From an uncultured bacterium (GTDB lineage Bacteria; Desulfobacterota; Desulfobulbia; Desulfobulbales; Desulfobulbaceae), in contig CAIMMA010000342.1 in assembly GCA_903842475.1 (NCBI GenBank), positions 1-36,763 on the forward strand: 36,763 nt of DNA. The letters run 5' to 3'. Position 1 is the stretch's first letter. Each line of letters begins with the position of its first letter. Position numbers and translations under genes: made by a program. This document shows positions 10,078 to 18,197 of the stretch, one piece after another. The notes beneath the pieces were generated by a model. It searched no databases. It was given only the letters and a program-made list of their open reading frames with translations, and was not told the origin of the DNA.

Positions 10078-11823
10078 ATGCGACCAGACTTGCCCCCAAC
10101 CATTCATAAAATACTTGGCAACAACAACATCATTATTGTTGTTGCCGATGGGTACCGCGCATCCCAGGAAGACCAGCAGGGGCACTATCTGGCCGATCTG
10201 GCAATGACCTTGGCCGACCAGTTGCATTGCTATGCCGTGATCAATACCAAGTACAAAAAAGAGATCATGGATCTCTCCAATATCACGGCCGTAAAGAGTC
10301 GCCCCAAGGTACGAGACACCTTTTTATTGCAAATAAAGAAATTTAAAGACGAGATCGCCGGCAATGGATTGTTGCCGCTTATTCTTTTTTTTCAAGTAAA
10401 TACCGACTGCGATACATTGCAGGAGATGTTGCTTTTCGGCTATGGGCAAGGCGAACGAGGAAGTTCAGAAGCGCCCCACAGTCCCACGATTTCCCCGTCA
10501 CTCTTATCGAAAATCCGAATAGCCGCCTCGGATCAACACCTGCAGACCGCGGTCGCGACGGTTGACTCACCGCTTTGCGGCCGAGAGAGGGCTCATATCA
10601 ACCAACTGTTTCGCCAGAAGCAGTGCCTCGAGGGATATTACGACCCTGAAGTTCGCTCCCTGCTCATATCGGTCCGCCCCGATCTTGTCAATCAGCAGCA
10701 GACCGCAATATCCATCGCCCAGATGCTGGCTCCGGCCTTTGCCCAGTTCAGCCAGGCCATGTCGCTGGTCAGAAACATTGATATCGACAACATCGATACA
10801 ACAAGTCCTAAAGATTTGGAGTTTATTTTCCGTTTGCAAGGGGAGAGCAGGTACGCCGATCTATTGCGGGAATCCTACATTGAGGAACTCGCCGTTTCAA
10901 TAGAGCGAAACGGTCTGCTGCACCCGCTGGTGCTGTTGAAAAAAGACGACGGCCGTTACAAAATACTCTGCGGTTTCAGAAGATACCAGGCCTTGAAACG
11001 AATCCACCGAACTTCGGTCGAAGCCAAGGTCTATCAGGAAAGCGATTTTTCCTCCGAGGATTTTTTCAACATTTCGCTGGCCGAAAACACCAAGCGGCGC
11101 AATCTCAATCCACTGGAAATCGGTAATTTCTTAGAATCAGCCAGCGTTTCGCTGGGATTGAACAATGCCCAACTGGCTGATCAATTCGGCGGAATGCTCG
11201 GTATCGGCAAACCAGGCCAGAAAGTATCGCACTCAACGATACATAAATACCGGAAAGTAAATCAGATCCGCCTACGCGGTGAATCCCCGGAAATCATCTC
11301 CGACATGATCAATGAAAAACTCCAATTTTCAGTGGCGTCGGAAACCTTGGCCCCGATGAAAGACAGTAAGGAACGAGATGCTCTGTACCTGCACATCATC
11401 AGACCTTTTGCCCCGAATCGACCTCAGCTGGCAAAGATCATCACCCTGCTTGAAGGAATGGCGACCAATCTGCAGACAGCTCTTTCGCTGAAGCCGGTGC
11501 AGCAGGCCCTTACCAAGGCTGCCAAATCAGCTCAACCTGCGGCGGTTCTGCTCAAGCAGCTGAGTAAAAAAAAGGATACCGAAGGGGCGAACCGGCTCGC
11601 GGATTTCGAAAGTAGAGTGGAACAAATTCGACGCACCTATTTTGGCGAACTGGCCAGCAAGCGAGATTTTAACATTTCCCCTCCGTCTCCGATGAACGAT
11701 GCCGAATTCATTATTAACATTCGAATAAAAAAAGGTGAAACGCAAGCCACCCTGCAGCGGCTCCAGAGTGCCCTTGAAGAAAACGACCTCTTTGCCGAAC
11801 AGCCCAAAAAAGCCCCGGCCTGA
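10078..11823 (+). CDS. ParB/Spo0J-type CTPase + HTH protein with an extra ~225-aa N-terminal domain
   Basis: LAVSIERNGLLHPLV, GFRRYQA (G299), ENTKRRNLNPLE (E336), then HTH-like LNNAQLA...VSHSTIHKY. Confidence 0.85.
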   Translation: MRPDLPPTIHKILGNNNIIIVVADGYRASQEDQQGHYLADLAMTLADQLHCYAVINTKYKKEIMDLSNITAVKSRPKVRDTFLLQIKKFKDEIAGNGLLPLILFFQVNTDCDTLQEMLLFGYGQGERGSSEAPHSPTISPSLLSKIRIAASDQHLQTAVATVDSPLCGRERAHINQLFRQKQCLEGYYDPEVRSLLISVRPDLVNQQQTAISIAQMLAPAFAQFSQAMSLVRNIDIDNIDTTSPKDLEFIFRLQGESRYADLLRESYIEELAVSIERNGLLHPLVLLKKDDGRYKILCGFRRYQALKRIHRTSVEAKVYQESDFSSEDFFNISLAENTKRRNLNPLEIGNFLESASVSLGLNNAQLADQFGGMLGIGKPGQKVSHSTIHKYRKVNQIRLRGESPEIISDMINEKLQFSVASETLAPMKDSKERDALYLHIIRPFAPNRPQLAKIITLLEGMATNLQTALSLKPVQQALTKAAKSAQPAAVLLKQLSKKKDTEGANRLADFESRVEQIRRTYFGELASKRDFNISPPSPMNDAEFIINIRIKKGETQATLQRLQSALEENDLFAEQPKKAPA

Positions 11824-11928
11824 GATCCCTCAAACCCGCCCCCCACCGCAGTTTTTTTGCCAAGAAGGTTATTTTTCGCAAGCGAAAAATAACCACCGCT
11901 ACTCTCTCAGGCCCAAAGGCACCTTCAC

Positions 11929-13095
11929 TCACCTGACCGATAGCAGTTGATGCGCGCGCCGCAACCGATCGACTAGTTCGGCAGGATGCACCTTCGCGAC
12001 GGCGGCGATGCCGGCAAGATCGTACCCATCGACACACGCCGCATTATTGCCCGGTACCCAACGGGTGTCCTGCCCCAACAGGGCATACCTTGCCCGGGCG
12101 TACTCCAGCAGCCCCCACCCCCTGAGCAGATTTTCCAGCCAAAAAATATACGCTATGTGTATGTACCCAGGGGTACTCTCAAAAGATGGGTAGCTGCGCC
12201 AGTGGTCATCTGGCAGGTTTTGGCCGGTAGCCGAGTACATGGCCTCCTGCCACCTCCGATAGATGTCACGGACCAGAGCACGTCCCCCCCGATAGGCCAA
12301 CGCCTCGATATGTTCACAAAAATCAGTTGGAACAGACGCTCCTATGCTGAGGGTATGCACTCCTGGTTGGAGCAGACAGAAAAGGTCATTGAACTGGAGC
12401 GGCGAGAGGGGCAGGCTTAATTCCTTTAGCTTGTCAGGCGGCCTGTACAACATGCCACCTTTGTCCGTAGGACTGATGATGAAAACACCGAGATCCCGCC
12501 TTCCGGCTTCCAGGAGAGCGGCGGTGTGCTGTTGAAAAATGGTATACCAATGAAGATTAAGGTAGTCAAATCCGCCATCGCCCTCGTGCATGACGGCATC
12601 AAGGATGACCTCGGTCGACCCATGCCCTGAAAACCCCACCCAACCCACCCGTCCTTGCCGCTGCAAGACCCGGGCCGCTGCAAGGCACCCGCCTGGGCGG
12701 CAAATTTGCCAGAGGGATTTATACGAGTTGACCCCATGGATAGCCAAAAGATCGATATACTCAACCTGCAAACGCCGCAGAGAGTCAAGAACGTTCGCTA
12801 TGAAGACTTGAGGCTCATCTTCCGGCTTCACCTTGGTCTGAAGGATAAACTGATCCCTCTGCAGGCCAGAGAGAATCGAACCAAGCTGGCGCTCCGATGA
12901 ACCGTACCCCCTTGCGGTCTCAAAATGGTTGATCCCCAATCGCAGTGCTTCAACAACGACCGCTTCAAAATTATTTTGACTACGCTGGTCAATTCTGTCG
13001 TCGGCTCTATCCTGCCACGATTGCATGGTTCGCATACAACCGGCGGAAAGCACGGGCATCTGAATCCCGGTTTTACCAAAACGGGTATATCGCAT
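11929..13095 (-). CDS. Aldo/keto reductase family oxidoreductase (COG1453-like)
   Basis: MRYTRFGKTG start; GINHFETARGYGSSE, LQTK, IDLLAIHG and VGFSGHG motifs; SD GAGGGG. Confidence 0.92.
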   Translation of the reverse strand: MRYTRFGKTGIQMPVLSAGCMRTMQSWQDRADDRIDQRSQNNFEAVVVEALRLGINHFETARGYGSSERQLGSILSGLQRDQFILQTKVKPEDEPQVFIANVLDSLRRLQVEYIDLLAIHGVNSYKSLWQICRPGGCLAAARVLQRQGRVGWVGFSGHGSTEVILDAVMHEGDGGFDYLNLHWYTIFQQHTAALLEAGRRDLGVFIISPTDKGGMLYRPPDKLKELSLPLSPLQFNDLFCLLQPGVHTLSIGASVPTDFCEHIEALAYRGGRALVRDIYRRWQEAMYSATGQNLPDDHWRSYPSFESTPGYIHIAYIFWLENLLRGWGLLEYARARYALLGQDTRWVPGNNAACVDGYDLAGIAAVAKVHPAELVDRLRRAHQLLSVR

Positions 13096-13454
13096 AGCCT
13101 TCCCCCCTCTTGATACCGGTGCCATGGACAATGTTGTCTATTCCGCCGCACGCTTGCGCAGAAAAGCTCTTTAAAATGGCAGACTCCGCTTGACTCTTTC
13201 TCATCATTGAATGCGCTTTTAAAGCCACGGGGAATGCATGCACCGGATGCATTGGCCGGCTTTGAGCAGGGGGAAACCGCACCCTCAAATACCCTCCTGT
13301 GTTCAGCGACTTACAAATCTTTGCAGGCTCATCCGGTGACCGTCTCCCCTGCAAGAGGAACAAAATATCATGATTTTCTCTTGTCTTTCCCTGTTATTGG
13401 CATTAATTGTTTTTCATAATCTTTTATTACTAACCTTAAGAGGAGGCACAACTC

Positions 13455-13625
13455 ATGGCTCAAGATGCAAAAAAGACTGTCTGTCCGACCTGTATGGGCA
13501 AAAAAGTAATTGATGGTGTGTGCGAGACCAGCAGTGAGTGGAAGGGTAAAAACGACGATGGCCAGGTCTGTACCCCTGACCAGAAATGCCCGACCTGTAA
13601 AGGAACAGGGTTTATTGAAGATTGA
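13455..13625 (+). CDS. 56-aa Cys-rich DnaJ-type zinc-ribbon microprotein (not in ORF track)
   Basis: Strong SD AAGAGGAGG 9 nt before ATG. Translation MAQDAKKTVCPTCMGKKVIDGVCETSSEWKGKNDDGQVCTPDQKCPTCKGTGFIED has two CxxCxG knuckles. Confidence 0.85.
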   Translation: MAQDAKKTVCPTCMGKKVIDGVCETSSEWKGKNDDGQVCTPDQKCPTCKGTGFIED

Positions 13626-13677
13626 CAAACAACTTGTCAGGGTACCGAACTAATCATTCGGCCCCCTGCTGGCGAGT

Positions 13678-13741
13678 AAAAATCGGGTATTCCATCAAAC
13701 CATTTTACAACAGGTTTGAAAGGAATAACCCGATTTTTTTT
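13678..13741. terminator. Long bidirectional terminator-like hairpin between convergent genes
   Basis: AAAAATCGGGT-ATTCC-a-TCAAACC / GGTTTGA-aa-GGAAT-a-ACCCGATTTTTTTT, with an A-run on the left and a T-run on the right. Confidence 0.7.
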
Positions 13742-13828
13742 CACCTTTCAACGTGGAAAGACCGCCTTAAGATCCGATACATGGCAAATTTTCGGCAGTT
13801 CCTCATGAGCATTTGCCCGCAATGCCTT

Positions 13829-14833
13829 TTACAGAGGTTTATTGGCCTCCATATGCAACACCAAATCCAGCATCCGGTTAGAATACCCCCATTCGTTGTC
13901 GTACCAACTCATAATCTTGACAGAGGTACCCAGCACCTTGGTGCAGAGTCCATCAACAATCGAGGAATGGGGATCTCCCTGAAAATCAATTGAAACCAAT
14001 GGCTCTTCGGTATACCCCAGATATCGGTTGGCGGCCGCGGCAAGCGCTTTGTTGACCTCCTGAACCGTAGTTTCACGTTCGACCTCAATCACGACGTCGA
14101 CGAGAGAGACATCAGGGGTTGGAACTCGAACTGCCAGCCCATCGAATTTATTTTTTAATTCTGGGATTACCAAGGCGACCGCCGCCGCGGCTCCGGTTTT
14201 GGTCGGCACCATCGACATGGCCGCAGCCCGGGCCCGACGAAGGTCGGAGTGCGGAAAATCCAAAAGCCGCTGGTCGCCGGTGTAGGAATGCACCGTGGTC
14301 ATCAACCCTCGTTTAATCCCGAAATTATCCAAAATAACTTGGGCCACCGGTGCCAGACAGTTGGTGGTGCAGGAGGCATTCGAAACCACGTGATGGGTGG
14401 TCGGATCATACTCATCCTCGTTGACCCCCATGACAATCGTTTTCACCTCCCCTTTGGCGGGAGCGGAGATAATCACCTTGGCCGCCCCAGCATCGATATG
14501 GGCTTTGGCCGATTCCATATCACAAAAAAGACCAGTACATTCAAGAACATACTCAGCTCCAAGACTCCCCCAGGGGATTTCACTTGGCTTGCGATGACTG
14601 GTGATGGGAATGGCCTTGCCATCAACAACAATCCCGTCTTCCCCTACCGTAATCGTTTGATCGGATCGCCCCATCACAGAATCGTATTTCATTAGATGGG
14701 CGATGGTCTTCACATCGGTGAGATCGTTGATGCCGACAATTTCAATGCCGGCAAAGGCGGGATCCTTGCTCAAGGCCCTGAAAATGTTTCTCCCGATTCT
14801 GCCGAATCCATTAATACCTACTTTAATTGCCAT
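13829..14833 (-). CDS. gap: Type I glyceraldehyde-3-phosphate dehydrogenase
   Basis: INGFGRIGR, active site SNASCTTNCLAP, WYDNEWGYS. Confidence 0.98.
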   Translation of the reverse strand: MAIKVGINGFGRIGRNIFRALSKDPAFAGIEIVGINDLTDVKTIAHLMKYDSVMGRSDQTITVGEDGIVVDGKAIPITSHRKPSEIPWGSLGAEYVLECTGLFCDMESAKAHIDAGAAKVIISAPAKGEVKTIVMGVNEDEYDPTTHHVVSNASCTTNCLAPVAQVILDNFGIKRGLMTTVHSYTGDQRLLDFPHSDLRRARAAAMSMVPTKTGAAAAVALVIPELKNKFDGLAVRVPTPDVSLVDVVIEVERETTVQEVNKALAAAANRYLGYTEEPLVSIDFQGDPHSSIVDGLCTKVLGTSVKIMSWYDNEWGYSNRMLDLVLHMEANKPL

Positions 14834-14847
14834 GGCATTCTACTCCC

Positions 14848-15789
14848 TTACAAAAGTTGAGGATTAAATTCTGGTCTTTTTCGGCTAGGCAGCCCGGGCT
14901 CATCCCGAAGGATGGCCCCCAAATGCGCTAATTTGATGATGGCTTCATCGCACTGCGGATCACAAGCCAAGGCCCGCTGATACATTCTCTGGGACTGCCG
15001 GTACCATTGGCCCCGCAGATAACTGGCACCGGTCATGCAAAAGCCGTCGGCAGGGGCGCCCGCGAAGATATCGCCAAAGAGGGCGTCCAGCGACTCGCCC
15101 CAAAGTTCGGCAACCATTGCTTCCTGTTCCGCCAACAGCCGAATGATCAGCTGATTTTCAATGAGATCGGGCAGCAGCATCCTGAAAAGATAGGTCACCT
15201 GACCAAAGAGATACCCCATACGTTCTATCTGGCGGGCAACATTTCCGGTGATTCGCTCAACCAGCGCCCCCATGTCAACCATGCGGGCAATCGCTGGGGA
15301 TTGACGGTGTTGCACCGTATTGTAATCGGCCAGACCGTCAACCGCAACGACGCCCCTTCCGTAATTGTTGAGCAGGTAGAGATTCTCCTTGAGTTTCATA
15401 GCCTCGTGAAACAGCGAGCCGATGAGCCAATCGACCAGTCCCCCTTGGAGATGCTGTTCCCGCGTCGTCTGCGGCCAGACCTGATGACAGAGATCTTTCA
15501 GTCGCCAAAGCGGACCATTGTTTTTTTCGGTTCCCACCATGACACTAAACTGCTCCAGCAAAGCAGCCTGTATTGCCTGTTCTTCCCGGTTGGACAAACA
15601 TGCCCCTGCTTTGTCGAGACGCCCAGCATGGCAATATTCACCATAAAGGTTTTGAAACCAGCCAACGAGTTGAAAAAAATCATTAAGCACCTGACGGGTA
15701 GCGTGGTTTCGACGACCGTTGAACCAGTCCCGACCACGCCCCCCCACACCGTGTGAGGTTTCACTACAGCCACACACCACCGCTCTCAC
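14848..15789 (-). CDS. Hypothetical helical protein with a C-terminal TPR-like segment
   Basis: Long ORF filling the glgA-gap gap; GTGA overlap with the glgA stop and AGGA SD; GASYLRGQWY..YQRALACDP is TPR-like. Confidence 0.75.
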   Translation of the reverse strand: MRAVVCGCSETSHGVGGRGRDWFNGRRNHATRQVLNDFFQLVGWFQNLYGEYCHAGRLDKAGACLSNREEQAIQAALLEQFSVMVGTEKNNGPLWRLKDLCHQVWPQTTREQHLQGGLVDWLIGSLFHEAMKLKENLYLLNNYGRGVVAVDGLADYNTVQHRQSPAIARMVDMGALVERITGNVARQIERMGYLFGQVTYLFRMLLPDLIENQLIIRLLAEQEAMVAELWGESLDALFGDIFAGAPADGFCMTGASYLRGQWYRQSQRMYQRALACDPQCDEAIIKLAHLGAILRDEPGLPSRKRPEFNPQLL

Positions 15790-17438
15790 CACCAGTCCTG
15801 GCTCAACATTGGTCTAGCCTGTTGATAGAGGGCGAGGTAGTCGTCCATCACCTTCTCCCAGGTATGAAACTTGGCAATCCGTTCAACCGCCGCCATCTGC
15901 ATGGCCCTGAGCCCTGCGGGGTTCTCGCGGTATAGCGTCAAGGCCCGCACCATTGCCGATGCCAGGGCGACGGCAGAGTTGTCGTTGTAGGAAAAACCGG
16001 TTTGCCCGTCCAGGACCTTGACCAAACCGCCAACCCGGTGAACAATCGGCAGATTCCCGAGGAGTTGGGAGATATAATCCGTAAGCCCGCAAGGTTCGTA
16101 CCGGGAAGGAATCAAGAAAAAATCGCCGGCCGCATACACTTTATGCACTAAAATGGGATCATAGCCGCTGAGAAAGCAAACCTTCCCCTGGCCTACCGAT
16201 GAGGTGGCGAGCCATTCCAATTGTTTTTCAAACTCCGGCGCACCGGACCCGAACACCAGGAATTGGGCCGACAGTTCCTGCGACAACAGTTCGTCAATTG
16301 CTTTTATAAGTATATCGACCCCTTTCTGCTGGGTCAAACGGCCAATAAAAGTAAAAAGCGGCACCTCGCCAAGTTCCGCTAATGCACCGAACTGCTTCAC
16401 CTGATCCCATGGACCGTTGCCGGCAATCCGTGCCAGGAGCGCAGCCTTGCATCGACCCTTTCCGACCAACTCTCCGTTCCGGACGTCATACCCGGCAGCC
16501 AGCCCCAGTCGTTCCGGCCTGGTTGGATCAAAAGCAGCGGGATCGATGCCATTGGTAATGCCGGCCAAGGACACCCCGTGCTCGAGGAGGGTATGCCCCA
16601 GCCAACCGGTTCGGGCGTCTTCGGGTGTCTGCTGCAATTCCCGGCCATAATTCTCACTGACCGTATTCAGGACCGCATATCCGGCAGCTGCCATAAAAGG
16701 GTCGAAGCTCACTCCGAGCCTGCCCGCCAGGATCACCCGTTTCGGCAAACCGGTAACAGCTTGGGCAAACGCCAGGTCATCGACCTCTTGATGATACCCC
16801 AAGCCGGCATTATGAATGGTAACCACGGCCCCGGTTCGACTGAAATAATGCCGATAGCCGCTATTCTCACGCATCATCGCGGGCAAGGTGGCCGCATGGC
16901 CATCCTGGCAATGGATAACATCTGGGTGTTCATCCAGCAGGATCATCAGATCCAGGGCTGTTTTCTGCAAAAGAATATTCATGGCGAAATAATCGAAATG
17001 CCCGCCGCCGCGACGCTGCCACGCGACCTCCTGCTCATCCTCATCGGTATAGGTATAGACCCCGCGCTTGGTTGCAAACCGATCAGCCTCGACTAAAAAT
17101 ACCGTCACCCCGCCCAGTTCAGCCCTCCAGATCGCCACCGCTTCCCGTCGCTCTTCAGCGGTGTAATTCATATCGACCTCAAAAACCTGTCCGTATCGAC
17201 GCCCGCCGATCCGACCGCTCTTGGGGCCAATGCCGGCAAGGGAAAAGCCCAGGCGGGCAGCATCCATGAACCCGTAGCGAGGCAGGATCACCCGGACCGA
17301 GCAGTGACCATGGGCCGCGAGCGCTTCCGCCAGTTGGCGACAGACATCCTTCACCCCCCCCGCCCCGGCCAGGCCTTCATATTCCCGACTCACCATCCAG
17401 ACCGACCGGATTTCTGTGTTTTTTTCTTCAGCTTTCAC
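15786..17438 (-). CDS. glgA: Glycogen synthase-like GT5 glycosyltransferase (atypical N-terminal motif)
   Basis: VIHCQDGH, VTIHN, TVSENY, GITNGID, GRLTQQKG and PSRYEPCGLT motifs. Confidence 0.85.
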   Translation of the reverse strand: MKAEEKNTEIRSVWMVSREYEGLAGAGGVKDVCRQLAEALAAHGHCSVRVILPRYGFMDAARLGFSLAGIGPKSGRIGGRRYGQVFEVDMNYTAEERREAVAIWRAELGGVTVFLVEADRFATKRGVYTYTDEDEQEVAWQRRGGGHFDYFAMNILLQKTALDLMILLDEHPDVIHCQDGHAATLPAMMRENSGYRHYFSRTGAVVTIHNAGLGYHQEVDDLAFAQAVTGLPKRVILAGRLGVSFDPFMAAAGYAVLNTVSENYGRELQQTPEDARTGWLGHTLLEHGVSLAGITNGIDPAAFDPTRPERLGLAAGYDVRNGELVGKGRCKAALLARIAGNGPWDQVKQFGALAELGEVPLFTFIGRLTQQKGVDILIKAIDELLSQELSAQFLVFGSGAPEFEKQLEWLATSSVGQGKVCFLSGYDPILVHKVYAAGDFFLIPSRYEPCGLTDYISQLLGNLPIVHRVGGLVKVLDGQTGFSYNDNSAVALASAMVRALTLYRENPAGLRAMQMAAVERIAKFHTWEKVMDDYLALYQQARPMLSQDWW

Positions 17439-17450
17439 ATCCTTTTTCCC

Positions 17451-18056
17451 TTATAGAGGCTTTAACGAATCTAACTCGCAGGGATTGCCGGGACGCAACG
17501 CATTCTTCTCATCGCTCAAACCCAAATCGAGAGGCATCGCCCTGATAATGGCATCCACCAAGCCGGCCGGCTTTTGCACACCGGTATCAAGACGCAAATC
17601 CGAACCGGCCAAATACAGAGGCTCGCGTTGTTGCAGCAGTTCCGCTATTTCGTCATGAATCGGACGCCCGGTCAAAGACGGTCGCTGCCCCGGCGAGTTG
17701 GGATCCGCACCCATCCGCTGCCTGATGGTTGCGGCATCGGCCTCAAGCCAGACAACATAACTGCAGCTGCGGAGCTGCTGCCATTGTTCCCGATGTTCAA
17801 TAGCACCGCCACCGGTTGCCAGTACCGTTCGCACCATCGTCGGCACCTCAGCGAGCAACGCTCGTTCCGCCTGCCGAAAAAAGGCCCAGCCATGACGCGC
17901 GACAATATCGGCTATGGGCGCACCGAGCCGCTCACAGAGCAACTCATCGGTATCGATAAACAGATACCCGAGTTGCTCAGCCAGCATCCTGCCGACCAAC
18001 GATTTACCGGTCGCCCGAAAACCGGTCAAAACAATGTTCTTTTTCTTTTCATCCAT
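17451..18056 (-). CDS. aroK: Shikimate kinase
   Basis: Walker A GFRATGKS, DTD, FRQAE, ATGGG, RPSL and REPLY motifs. Confidence 0.93.
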   Translation of the reverse strand: MDEKKKNIVLTGFRATGKSLVGRMLAEQLGYLFIDTDELLCERLGAPIADIVARHGWAFFRQAERALLAEVPTMVRTVLATGGGAIEHREQWQQLRSCSYVVWLEADAATIRQRMGADPNSPGQRPSLTGRPIHDEIAELLQQREPLYLAGSDLRLDTGVQKPAGLVDAIIRAMPLDLGLSDEKNALRPGNPCELDSLKPL

Positions 18057-18063
18057 ACTGTAT

Positions 18064-18093
18064 AGCATAAAAGAAACCTTGCCCGCTCTTCAA
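18064..18093 (-). promoter_or_regulatory. Putative sigma70 promoter of the aroK-glgA-hyp-gap operon
   Basis: Minus strand TTGAAG-18 nt-TATGCT with A-tracts upstream. Confidence 0.4.
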
Positions 18094-18197
18094 GGAGAAA
18101 CCCCCTCCTTTATTTTTTTCTTTTCTTTTTAATAGGCTAACCTTACTATTTAGCCTTGTAAATCAGATCCTTTTCTCACCGCTTCCCGGATAGCCGC

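Noticed and set aside
14069-14084. GTTTCACGT half-match to the parS consensus
   Set aside because: The second half is not palindromic and it lies inside gap coding sequence. I saw no full parS by eye, though a motif scan was not run.
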